Positions 47,796-58,360 of a stretch of DNA of 64,000 nucleotides are shown here, piece by piece; position 1 is the first letter of the stretch; the number at the start of each line of letters is the position of its first letter. The notes under the pieces were generated by a model. That model was given only the letters and a program-made list of their open reading frames with translations, had not been told where the DNA came from and did not search any database. This stretch comes from Vicugna vicugna (Eukaryota). A program made the translations under genes and the position numbers. Location of the stretch: positions 62,001 through 126,000 of the forward strand of contig MU058669.1 of NCBI GenBank assembly GCA_013265495.1. The letters run 5' to 3'.

Positions 47796-50159
47796 ATCAC
47801 TTCACATTTAGGGGTCCTTACACCCCTGGAAGTCCCTCTGAGGACTGACTGAGGAGCCCCTGGCACTGGTCTCCAAGACCCCACACACAGCCTGGACATT
47901 GCTGGTGTCCAAGAAATGTCTGGGGAATAAGTACATGACCCGTTCCAACTCTCACTTCCTATGAGTCTATAATTCTAGGTGCCCAGGCTTGATGCTGCTC
48001 AGGCACATCCTGCAGGCAGAGACAAAGGTACGCAGGAAAGACTCTTGTCTGAATGTTAGAGAGACACACACGTGTCTTCTAACTGCCATCCCTTTGCCAC
48101 ACGTATTTTATCAAGCTCCCATCTTGTGTTAGGCATTGGGAATAAGGTGATGAGCAGAACTGACCTCCATCTCTGCCTGCATGGAGCTCACAGTCTAGCA
48201 GTTCTGGGCAGAGATCCGGGCCAGGCCCGGGCGCCCAGTGAGGCACAGACAGAATCCTGCTGTCCAGGCCGCATTCCGACTTTCGTGGGCCTCGGGCACT
48301 TCAGCCTTCCTGAGTCCCTTCCTCCAACAAAAACTATTTGAAAGTACCACTGTGTTGGCATAAAGATGAAGTTAGTCCAGGCTGAATTCATTGTTATCTA
48401 GTCGTGATCCTTATTTTCATGTTTTTCTTCTCATTTAAAAAGATATTAATATGAAAACATTTTTGTGGACCTTTAACTGTATCGCAAGCTCTCAGGACCA
48501 TGCCAAGTGAATAAATCAGCCCTGTCTGCAGTTCAGCTCTGCCCACCAGATAATGCAAAACCTAAGGCTGCCAAGCATGGGTTTCAAAAAGAGAAGATGT
48601 GAGATGTCAGAGGAGGAGGAGGAGGTCAGGGAAGTCTTCTGGAGGGAGACGGCTTGTGAGCAGAGCCCTGGAGGGTGAGCAGGACTGAACTGTTGGAACA
48701 GAAGAGGCATCTGGACCAGGGACAGATCAGAGAGAGCCGAGGCCTGGCGGGAGGATCGTGGAGGACACACGCAGGTGCAGAGTTGGCCAGAGTTCCAGGG
48801 CCCCTCAAAGCTGGACCTGGGGGTCACTCAGGGTTTTGCCAACAGCCTCCCACCCCAGCCCCAGACATGCACCCCGTGTCTCCCACTCTCACTTGTGGAA
48901 TCTCAGAATGTGGAGGTGGTTGAGCCCTTAGATAACTCCCACCATAACCCCCATTTACTGAGTAGGACCAGGCACACGGAGAACTTCATCGTTATCCCAT
49001 TTTATAGATGAGGAAATCAAGGTTTGGGGGTTAAGTAACTTGCCTGCAGCCAAACAGTTAGGAAGAGCAGAACCAGATTCACACAGGTCTGTCTGGCCCC
49101 AGAGCTCTGAGCTCCTGAGCTCATAGCTCCTCCCCTGAGCTATGCTGTCTCTCTGAGAGGCTGAGGGACCCCCAGCCCGTCATCCCACAGATGGGTCATT
49201 GAGGCCCAGAGAGGAGATATGATTGGTCCAACACCAAAAAAATCTTTCAACGGAGCTGGGGATAGAATCCAGGGATCCTGGCTCCAGCCCAGGGGCCCTG
49301 CCCAGCAGTCAGGAAGATCAGAACCCTCTGAACACTGACACTGGCATCATCAACCTTCTTCATCCTCTCAGCTTCAGAAAGCACAAAGCCTGTTTCCACA
49401 ACAGCCATGCCCCTTCCTGGCCAGTCCTTCCTACCCCACCTGTCCAGGCAGGTTCCTGAAGGCCCAGTTTCTGTAAGAGTCAGACTGAGATCCGCCTTTC
49501 TCAAAAGTTTGTTCTCAGAAAGGGGACCATTTTCTCTTGATGTTCCTCCACTCCCCACCCCGGGACAGAATAGGCTCCTCTGTGTCCCAAACCCATCCCT
49601 TCAGTGCAAGGAGCAGCTGCCTCCCAGGCTGGCTGTGTAGATGTTATCATGGGTGTGAGCTGACTCACCTTCGTGACATCTCAGCCCGCTGGGCAGGAAC
49701 GCAGTTCTGGGCGCCACGGTCTTCCAAGGGTATAGACACATCAGAGCAGTCCCGGGGTGGGGCAGCAGGAAGACCAGGGGCCTCCATGCCATAGCCCCTA
49801 GGAGGAAGGGCAATGGCAGGACCTGGGCTGTGGAGTCCAAGGGTGTAAGGCTGTCATCCAGTCCTGGGAGAGCATCCTGCAGAAGAAGAGTGATCAAAGT
49901 TGGGGGTCCTCAGAGAATTTGGCCTCTTAGTGGAAGTGATGAGGTGGAGGTCCATTCAATTCAAGATCTTACTGCAGTCAATGCTGATTAAGGAGGAAAT
50001 GGTTGTCTAGGGCAGTATCGAGCCCCTGTGTACTGTGATGTGGAAGGAGACACTGTAGGGTTGTTGGAAGAAGGTTCACGTACCAGAAGGGTGATGCAGG
50101 AGTCCATGGCTGTACAGACTGGAGAGGTTTAGGAAGCCTATGCCTCTTCTCATCTCATT

Positions 50160-50203
50160 TTCTTTTCTTTTTAAAATTTTTTTTGGGGGGGGAGGTAATT
50201 TTG

Positions 50204-50246
<43 letters not shown>

Positions 50247-50340
50247 TTACTTTTTTAATGGTGGTCCTGGGGACTGAACCCAGGACCTCGTGCACGCTAG
50301 ACACGCACTCCACCACTGAGTTATGCCACCTCCCCCACCC
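50160..50340 (-). mobile_element. vic-1 type SINE with expanded (TTTA)n linker
   Basis: 'ggaggtaattttg(ttat)n...ggggactgaacccaggacctcgtgcacgctag...actgagttatgcc'. Confidence 0.88.
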
Positions 50341-50907
50341 CCCGTCCCGTTTTCTAGGGAAGCAGCATAACTGAATGGAAAGAAGTGTCTCAACCTCTGA
50401 AGTCAGACAGTCCCTGTTTAAATACCTGACTCCTACCACTAAAAGGCCCTTCACCTCTCTGTGACTCAGTTTTCTGTCTGTAAAATGGGGACAGTAACAA
50501 ACACAAGGGTTGTTGAGAGAGTTAAGTACGATTGCATATAAAGGTCCTGGCAATAAATGCATTTCTTTTCCCATTTTCCAGGGGGAGGGAACAGAGTTTG
50601 GAGCTGTTAAGTGACATGCCTGGCCAAGGTTCAGTGGCTGGCAGGGGCAATTGATTTAGAATCAAATCCAAGTCTCTTCCAGCACAGTGGGCTGTGTCCG
50701 ATCATTTTAGTTCCTATTTTTTGAGCATCTACAAATGCCTGAGCTGAATGGTGTTCCACTGAGTAGCTGCTCTGACCAGGTATAACTTTATTCTCATTCC
50801 ACCGACGAGGCTTAAATAATTATGCCAGTTCCGCAAGGTCTCACAAATGAAGAAGCAGCAGAGTTGGTATTCCAATACAAGTCTGACTTCCAAGCTCAAG
50901 ATTTTAA

Positions 50908-51320
50908 CCAGGAGTTGGCAAATTACAGCCCACAGGCCAAATCTGCCCCACTTCCTGTTTCTATAAATAAAGTTTTATTGGAACATGGTCATGTTCATTT
51001 GTTTATAGGCTGCCTGTGGCTACTTCTACGGTAAAAAGGCAGAGTGAGTCACTGAAAATGGACTATCAAGGGGGGAGAGCATAACTTAGTGGTAGAGTAC
51101 ATGCTTAGCATGCACGAGGTCCTGGGTTCAATCCCCAGTACTCCATTAAATAAATAAATAAAACTAATCACCTCTCCCTCTCAAAAAAAAAAAAAGTTTG
51201 ACAAAGAAAAAAAAATAAGAAAAGGAAAAAAAAAAAAGAAAATGGACAATCTACCTGACTTGCAAAGCCTGAAACATTTACTGTCTGGTTATTGGTCAAA
51301 AAAGTATGCCTAGCCTGACT
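50908..51320. mobile_element. MER58-like hAT-Charlie MITE, interrupted by a SINE
   Basis: 'caggagttggcaaattacagcccacaggccaaatctgccc...aataaagttttattggaaca...gcaaagcctgaaacatttactgtctgg'. Confidence 0.8.
51070..51238 (+). mobile_element. vic-1 type SINE
   Basis: SINE head and long A tail; TSD aaaatggactatc / aaaatggacaatc. Confidence 0.9.
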
Positions 51321-51542
51321 CTTAACCACAATTTTATAGTCTTTTCTTGAGAATTTAAAAAGAGAATCTTCTTAACACCAAGACACATTTTTAGGCAGTT
51401 GGGTAAGTACTTGACATGAATTCTGTAATAAATAGAGATTGAATCACTGCCTGGTACTCCTTCCATTTCTCCTCCATCTCTCACTAGACAGAACTTCTTT
51501 GTCATGGGAGATGGGCTGAGTAAAACAAAGACAGAGGCGTGA

Positions 51543-52122
51543 TAGCAGCACTATATACAATAGCCAAGATAGAGAAACAACCCTAATGTCTGTCGACAGA
51601 TGACTGGATAGAGAATTTGTATTTTTATATGATGGAATACTACTTAGCCATAAAAAAGAATAAAATAATGCCATTTGCAGCAACATGGATAGATCAAGAG
51701 ATCATCATTCTAAGTGAAGTAAGCCAGAAAGAGAAAGAAAAATAACATATGATATCACTTATATGTGGAATCTAAAAAAAAAGACAAACTTATTTACAAA
51801 ACAGAAACAGACTCACAGACATAGAAAACAAATTTATGGTTTCCAGGGGGAACTTAACAGTTAACAGAGAGGGTGGAAGGGGGTGGGAAGGGATAAATTG
51901 AGAGTTCAAGATTTGCAGATACTAATATATATAAAATAGATAAACAACAAGTTCATACTGTATAGCACAGGGAACTATATTCAATATCTTGTAGTACCTA
52001 TGGTGAAAAAGAATATGATAATGAATATATGTATGTTCATGTATGACTGAAGCATTATGCTGTACACCAGAAATTGACACATTGTAAACTGACTAGACTT
52101 CAATAAAAATACATATATTTGT
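51543..52122 (+). mobile_element. Lineage-specific L1 3' end with TSD
   Basis: L1 ORF2 end and 3' UTR; TSD aaagacagaggcgtga (51527-42) / aaagacaaaggcatga (52123-38). Confidence 0.92.
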
Positions 52123-53639
52123 AAAGACAAAGGCATGAGTCAAGTGCATGAACAATATTTTGCACCTGTATATTGCGAAATAATCAGGGACCTTTATTTT
52201 ATTTAAATTTTTTATTATGCAAAATGATTTAACTGTATTACTTACTGATTGATATTTACCATTTATTATTAATGCTATTTATTATAACTCTCAGAACTGT
52301 ATCTTTTCTCCTTTTAAATATATGATCTCCATTGTGAATATATAATATCTCAGGACCACCTCCTTCCCCAGAGACTGAGATTTTTAGCCACAACCAAGGA
52401 GATAATAGATATCGATATACAGGGAATAAAGAATAGATTCAGTCCACAAAAAAAAAAAAAAGATTCTGAGCAGAAATAGTACTGAACCGGGAGTCAAGAG
52501 ACCTTGGTTTTAGTCGTAGCACTATCTTATCAATTGGGTGACTTGGGTTTCTCATAAAGTCCTCCGATGCCTCAGTTTCCCGTTATAAAATGGAGCTATT
52601 GGACCAGATGACTGACTGCTAATGGCTCTTCCTAGTATGGCAGTGTATTCCCATAAAAAAACACACCAAAATAAAGCCTTTGGGGACAGTTCTGCCAAGA
52701 GGCAGAGGCTTCACAGAGACGACCAGTGATCCCCTAACAGGGATTCTGTGTTCTGAACTTAGCAACTCCTTTGGGAGTAGGGGACTGTCTGTGTGCACCA
52801 GGCACCTTCCCAATCATTTTTGTTTTTGTCACAGGATCCAGGACTGTTTTATCAGAAGAAGGGGGATTTAGGTCTGATGAGGTTAGAGTGTCCCTGGCGG
52901 GGGGCAGTGGGTCAGAAGACGCTGGCAGTTGGTCATCGTGATGGGGAGGAGGGGCAGCTGAAGGAAGCGGCGGCTCTGTCCTGTCATCTCCCCTTGTCCT
53001 CCGGACTGCTCTATCAGAGCACCGGGAGCAGGACAGGACGGACATGTCATCGCTGTGAGGGGCGTGGGTGTCCCCACCTTCCTGCTAATCCCCATCATGA
53101 TTACCCTCTCCCTAGGCAGGAACCAGGACATTTCGGTCATTATTTCCTATCACTTTTTACAATATGATAGGCAAAAAACTTCTCATTGTTGTTTCAATTT
53201 GTGTAGCTATTTGATCACTCTAAGATTTGGCCTTTTTCTTGTTTAGCTATTTGTGTTCTTACTTTTGTAAATGGATTATTCATGGCCTTTGCTTTAATTT
53301 TTTTCCTGTTAGCAATATTTATCTTTTCTCTTTTGATTTTTTTGAAGTTACATACTTAATATGTAAATATATCTTTTGTTTGGCCAAGCTTTTACAAAAT
53401 CAAACAAAACTGGCGTAGCAAGAAAGTGTTAATAGCCTCCCCTTCCTTCCTCTGCAATTCTGAACTCCAGAGGAAGCCACTGATAATTAACATTTGCTGG
53501 GGAACTGTTGTTTGTTTTCTGTATTTGTACAAACTTATTCAAATACACACATATGTGTATATATATATATTTAAATTTTTTATAAAAGTGGAAACATACT
53601 TTATCTTTTTTGATTCTTCTTTTTAAAAATATTGTATTT

Positions 53640-53776
53640 ATTTGTTTCTTGTTTATGGGGGCAGGTAATTAGGTTTATTTATTTACTTATTTTTTAATGA
53701 AAGCACTGAGGATTGAACCCAGGACTTTCATGCATGCTACGCACACACTCTACCACTGAGCTATACCCACCCTCCC
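53640..53776 (-). mobile_element. vic-1 type SINE
   Basis: 'ggtaattaggtttattt...ggattgaacccaggact...ctaccactgagctataccc'. Confidence 0.88.
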
Positions 53777-53789
53777 TCTTTATTTTTTA

Positions 53790-54530
53790 AAAAACACATT
53801 TATTGTGGTATGGTTCCTGTACAGTAAACTACACACATTTCAGATGCACAATTTGATGAATTTTGATAGATGTGTACACCCATGAAACCACCACCACAAT
53901 CAAGATAGCTAACATTTCCATCACTCCCCAAGAGGTACAGTTTTCAAATTCTCAAATTTATCCCTTCCCACCCCTTCTAGCCCCTGGTAACCATAAGTTT
54001 GTTCTCTGTCTCTGAGTCTGTTTCTGGGAAACACACTATAACTTTGAATCTGAAAATTATTTTTAAAAATTCTACACTGTAGTGGGGGAGGGTATAGCTC
54101 ACTTGGAGTGCGTGCTAAGCATGCAGGAAGCCAGCAATTCAATAAATAAGTAAATTACCTCCTCTCTGCAAAAAAAAAGGAAAAATAAGAAAAAAAAAGG
54201 GAAAAAAAGAAAAAAAAGAGAAAAGAAAAAAGAAAAAGAAAGAAAAAAGAAAAAAAAGAAAGAAAAAAAAGAAGAAAGAAAACAACAACAAAAGTTCTAC
54301 ATTGTAACCTGAACTAGCTGTCTCTTAGATCCGAGGCCTCTTCTCTGTTTCACAGATTCTTTATTGTCATCCTCGCTTCAAGAACCATATTCAATACCTT
54401 GTAGTAACTTACGGTGAAAAAGAATATGAAAATGAATATATGCATGTTCATGTATGACTGAAGCATTGTGCTGTGCACCAGAAATTGACCCAACATTGTG
54501 AACTGACTATACTTCAATTAAAAAAAAAAT
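53790..54530. mobile_element. Cluster of L1 3' fragments (- at ~53790-53930 and ~53935-54027; + at ~54383-54530)
   Basis: Each piece matches L1 3' UTR motifs; the last two match adjacent parts of the 51.5-52.1 kb L1. Confidence 0.75.
54082..54290 (+). mobile_element. Internally deleted vic-1 type SINE with ~120-bp A-rich tail
   Basis: Head 'gggggagggtatagctca'; TSD aaaattctacactgta (54066-81) / aaagttctacattgta (54291-306). Confidence 0.85.
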
Positions 54531-57500
54531 AGAGTTGGGCAAGAATCATGAGGCCGGTGTTACAGATTAGAGACGCTGAGGCTCAGGGAGGAAACGTGAT
54601 TCACCCAGATCCTTCCACAACTCAATACCAGGATGAGAACGCCAGGGTGAAACCCCCTCATTCTGTCAGATGCCTTCTCTATGCCGAGTGAATCAGAACT
54701 TCTGTTCCTAACATCACCCTCCTGAGGTGCACAGGCTGGAGCTGGGGGTCAGAATGTAGGTACTAAGAGAGTCCATGATGGAAGAAAAAGTCAAGCACCC
54801 CACCCCAAGGCTCTAATCAATTTCTAATGTGCTAAGTGACCTTGGGTGAGTGATTGGCCCTCTCTGGGCTCCCTGTGCCCTGTATCTATGACATGAAGGC
54901 TTTGGCCTAATCCAAGGATTTCAAACTGTGCTCTTTGGGGCTGCAGGGGCCCCTGCAGGTTACTGTTCCTCAAAAGAGATCACAGAGGGCATGGTCAGGG
55001 ATGCTCATCACAGCACCATTTGTGTTGGTGAAAAGTTGGAAGCAACTGCCACGTCTACCAGGTGAGGGTGAGTTCCATGAATCAGATCATGCGTGCATTC
55101 CTCTCTTCATCCACTCATGGAAGAATTATTGACTAACTACTGCCAGGCCCTGTTTTAGACACTGGAAATCACCAGTGAACAAGACAGACCGAGTCTCCAT
55201 CCTCTTGGAGCTTACCTGGAAGGCAGGGCCACCCTGCTTTGAGCCGCACCCCAGTTAGGTGAAATGAGATGGACTTCTACGTCTCAGCATGGATGCGTCT
55301 CTAGGCCACAGGGCTGAGTGGTAGAAGCAAGGTGCCAAGACTGGGGTGGGCTGATCCCTTCTATGTAAACCCCACCCCCTACAGCATAAGTGTGGATGCC
55401 TGGCTGTAGGTGGACAGATATATGAAAAGGTGCTGAGGAGGGTTTGGGAGTGCATCTCCAAATGATGCTCTTGCTTCTGGAAAGAGAGGGGCATAGTCCA
55501 TGATTGAGGATACCTTGTCTGGGGCATTTTAACGTCATCTGTATTTTTTTAAACAAGGAAGACATATTCAAATACTGTTTGCAATTAAAATATATCTGCT
55601 TTTAAGGCTTAAAATAAACTTAAGTCCCGAGAGAAGGGAAGGACAAAAAGAAATTCACAAGCTTCAGTCTCACTAAGTCCTACCCCCCAAACCTAACACA
55701 TGCGGGCTTTATGATCTACCCAAAGCTAGGAAGCTTTTTGCTTTGGAGATCAGAGATTTTAAATTAAACAAACTAATGACTACTATTGCCTGGATCCAAG
55801 ACCAAGCCAGCTTCATCATCGAGGCAGCATCCACTGTGTTCAGCCCCAGCTGGTCCCCCTTGGCTACTTAAAAGTCTTGGCGTTGCTGGACGGGGACATC
55901 TCCTCCAAGACTTATGTTACAAATGAGGAAACCTAGGCCCAGACATCATGATTTTTTATTCTTTTTCTTTGTAAATGTATTGAATATATTTGACCTATAA
56001 CATTATGTAAATTGAAGGTGTACAGCATGTTAAATGATTTCTCATTTTGCCAAGGACTCACTGAGTGGTGGCGCCCAGATTACAAAGCAGGAAGGAAGCC
56101 TGACCTGCCTCCAGATCCTGGGCCCCATGAAGCGGGGAGGAAGGGGATGGGACGGAGGGGAGGCCACCCTCCGGACTCCCACTGGAAGATCCAATGATGA
56201 GTCCTGGTGTCTGACACATGCTGAAAGGAAGCCTTGTCAACATGGAAGGAGATCAAGGTGGCCGGGGGGTGCTGAAACCTCCTGTCGGGTCCAGCATCTC
56301 TGAGGAGATAGGGACACTTCGGACGCTGTCCCCGCCCCCTCCTTGAGCTCTCTCCACTCGAATTCCGAGGGGCTTTGGAATCACTAGACTGTCTCCCGCT
56401 CCCAGGAAACTCCAGGCTTCAGTGGAGCCAGGCGGCCGGCCATCCATCATCCTTATCTCCTGGCTCTGGCGGCCCCAGGTCCCTGGCCTGGATGGGCCCA
56501 GGGGGCCTGGAGGGCGGGGGGTGGGGTTGGGGCGAGGAGCTGAAATTTATGGGCAGAGTTGTTCACATTAGGGGCCAGAGGGCCATTTATCCCAGAAATA
56601 TTTATTGAGTACCTACTGTGTGCCAGGCACTGGGCTGGGGGAATCTTATGGGCCCAGAGAGATTTTTGTGGTTTGTTAGGTTAACATGTCTACCTCAGTG
56701 GACTAGGTTTGATGAATGAATTTGTCATCAATTTATTAAGTGTTTATTAAGCGCCCACTGTGTGCTGGGGGTTTCTGGAAATCCAAGGCTATTGGAATGG
56801 TTAAATGAATACTCCCCACACTGTGCACACGGTCTGAGATCCACTAATGCAGTGGTCCTAAGCTTTGGAGTCTGTCAGACGAGCAAGTTACTAAACCCCC
56901 CTGGGTCTCAGCTTTCTTGGCTGTGAAACCGGGGTAATGACTGTACCTATTGCATGGGGTTTGAGAGAGGAGGAAATAAAATAAGAAACTGTGGGTCAAA
57001 AGCTTAGCCCGAGCCTGGTGGATGGTCATCTTGCACCAAAGGTGGCTATTTTAGTGATTGCAAACAATCGGCACCATTTGTCTGTTACATATGTGCTGAG
57101 TGCCTGCTGTGCACTGGGCAGTTGCTGGCAGGGCAACTGGCATGTCAGCTGGGAGGGTTTGCAAGAGCCCCTACCTCTCTCCTCAGGTCTCTCCTTGGTT
57201 AAGTCTTCGAGGTGTTAAAGAGGGGTTCCTGCACAGGGCCCAGGAGAGGGCCTTGGCAACTCCTCAAATTCCTTTCACCCCAAGACTCGAAGGGTCTATG
57301 ATCCTCCTTCCAGGTAGGGTCCTGGACGGGCACTTCCCTACCTTCCAGGCAGCCCATGAGGAAGGCCTTCCTTCTGAGACCTGCCCTTCGGAGATTTCCC
57401 CCGTGAGTGTCCTAGCTCTGTCCCTTGGGCCTCACCCCAACTCTCTGAGCCTCAGTTTATTCATCTACAAAATGGGGACAGCAATAGTTCCTATCCTATA

Positions 57501-57815
57501 GGGTTACTAGGAGGATAAAATGAGATAAAGTTATGAAGCCCTTGGCACAAGGTCTGCACAACGAAGGCTGTGATGAAAGGCAGCCGATAACAAGCAACAA
57601 CATCATTTCACCGGGAATCAACAAAAGGAGGAGGTGGAGGGAGAGGAATAAGGGGCAGGCGGACCAGAGCTGTGCTTTCTCAGGTGGGAAGCAGTTCTCA
57701 GTGCTCAGGGAGCCTAAGTTTGGCAAAGGGAGAGCACACATGATTCCCAGAGATGTTTCCCAGCTCGGAAAGTCTGGGACACAGGGAAGAGAGGGCACCT
57801 GGAACTAGTGCAGCC

Positions 57816-57834
57816 CTCCCGCCAGGGGGCAGTG
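57816..57834 (+). promoter_or_regulatory. CTCF motif
   Basis: CTCCCGCCAGGGGGCAGTG. Confidence 0.6.
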
Positions 57835-57967
57835 TGCCCACTTCCACGCGCAGAGGAGCAAGTGAGACCCCTGAAGGGGACGCGGAGTGCTGGGCACCCC
57901 CAGAGCTTGGTCTTCTCTCTCACTGCCCCCAAGGCAGCAGTGGGGAGGAAGGCTCCCCCGGACAGCG

Positions 57968-58360
57968 CTAGGGGTTGCATTGTGTTCCCTCCCTAAAATT
58001 CAGATTTTGAAATCCTAACCCCCTAGCACCTCAGGATGTGAACTTATTTGGAGCCAGGGTCTTTACAGAGGGAGTCAAGTTAAAATGAGGTCATTAGGGT
58101 GGACCCTCATTCCGTAAAACTGGTGTCCTTCTTAGAAGGGGAATTTGGACACAGAGCTGTGCAGAGACAGACGACATGGAGCAGACGGCCGCCCACAGAT
58201 AAGAGGGGATGAAGGCCTGGAACAGACCCCTCACAACCCGCAGAAGGAACCAACCCTGCCAACACGTTGATTTTGGACTTCCCAGCCTCCAGAAACGGGA
58301 GAACACATTTCTGTTGTTTAAGCCACCAGTCTGGGGCACTCTTAGGGCAGCCCCCTGACA
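57968..58360 (+). mobile_element. MaLR LTR (MLT1A/B-like)
   Basis: 'tcctaacccctagcacctcaggatgtgaacttatttggag..agggtctttacagag...gaaggaaccaaccctgccaacac...ttctgttgtttaagccaccagtct'. Confidence 0.85.

Noticed and set aside
5261..52143. About ten AP-1 (TGASTCA) sites
   Set aside because: Roughly 8 are expected by chance in 64 kb, so there is no enrichment.
52815..52890. Candidate exon after the acceptor-like tttttgtttttgtcacag (AG at 52833-34)
   Set aside because: Only weak donors follow, the peptide is unrecognisable, and such acceptor-like strings are common by chance.
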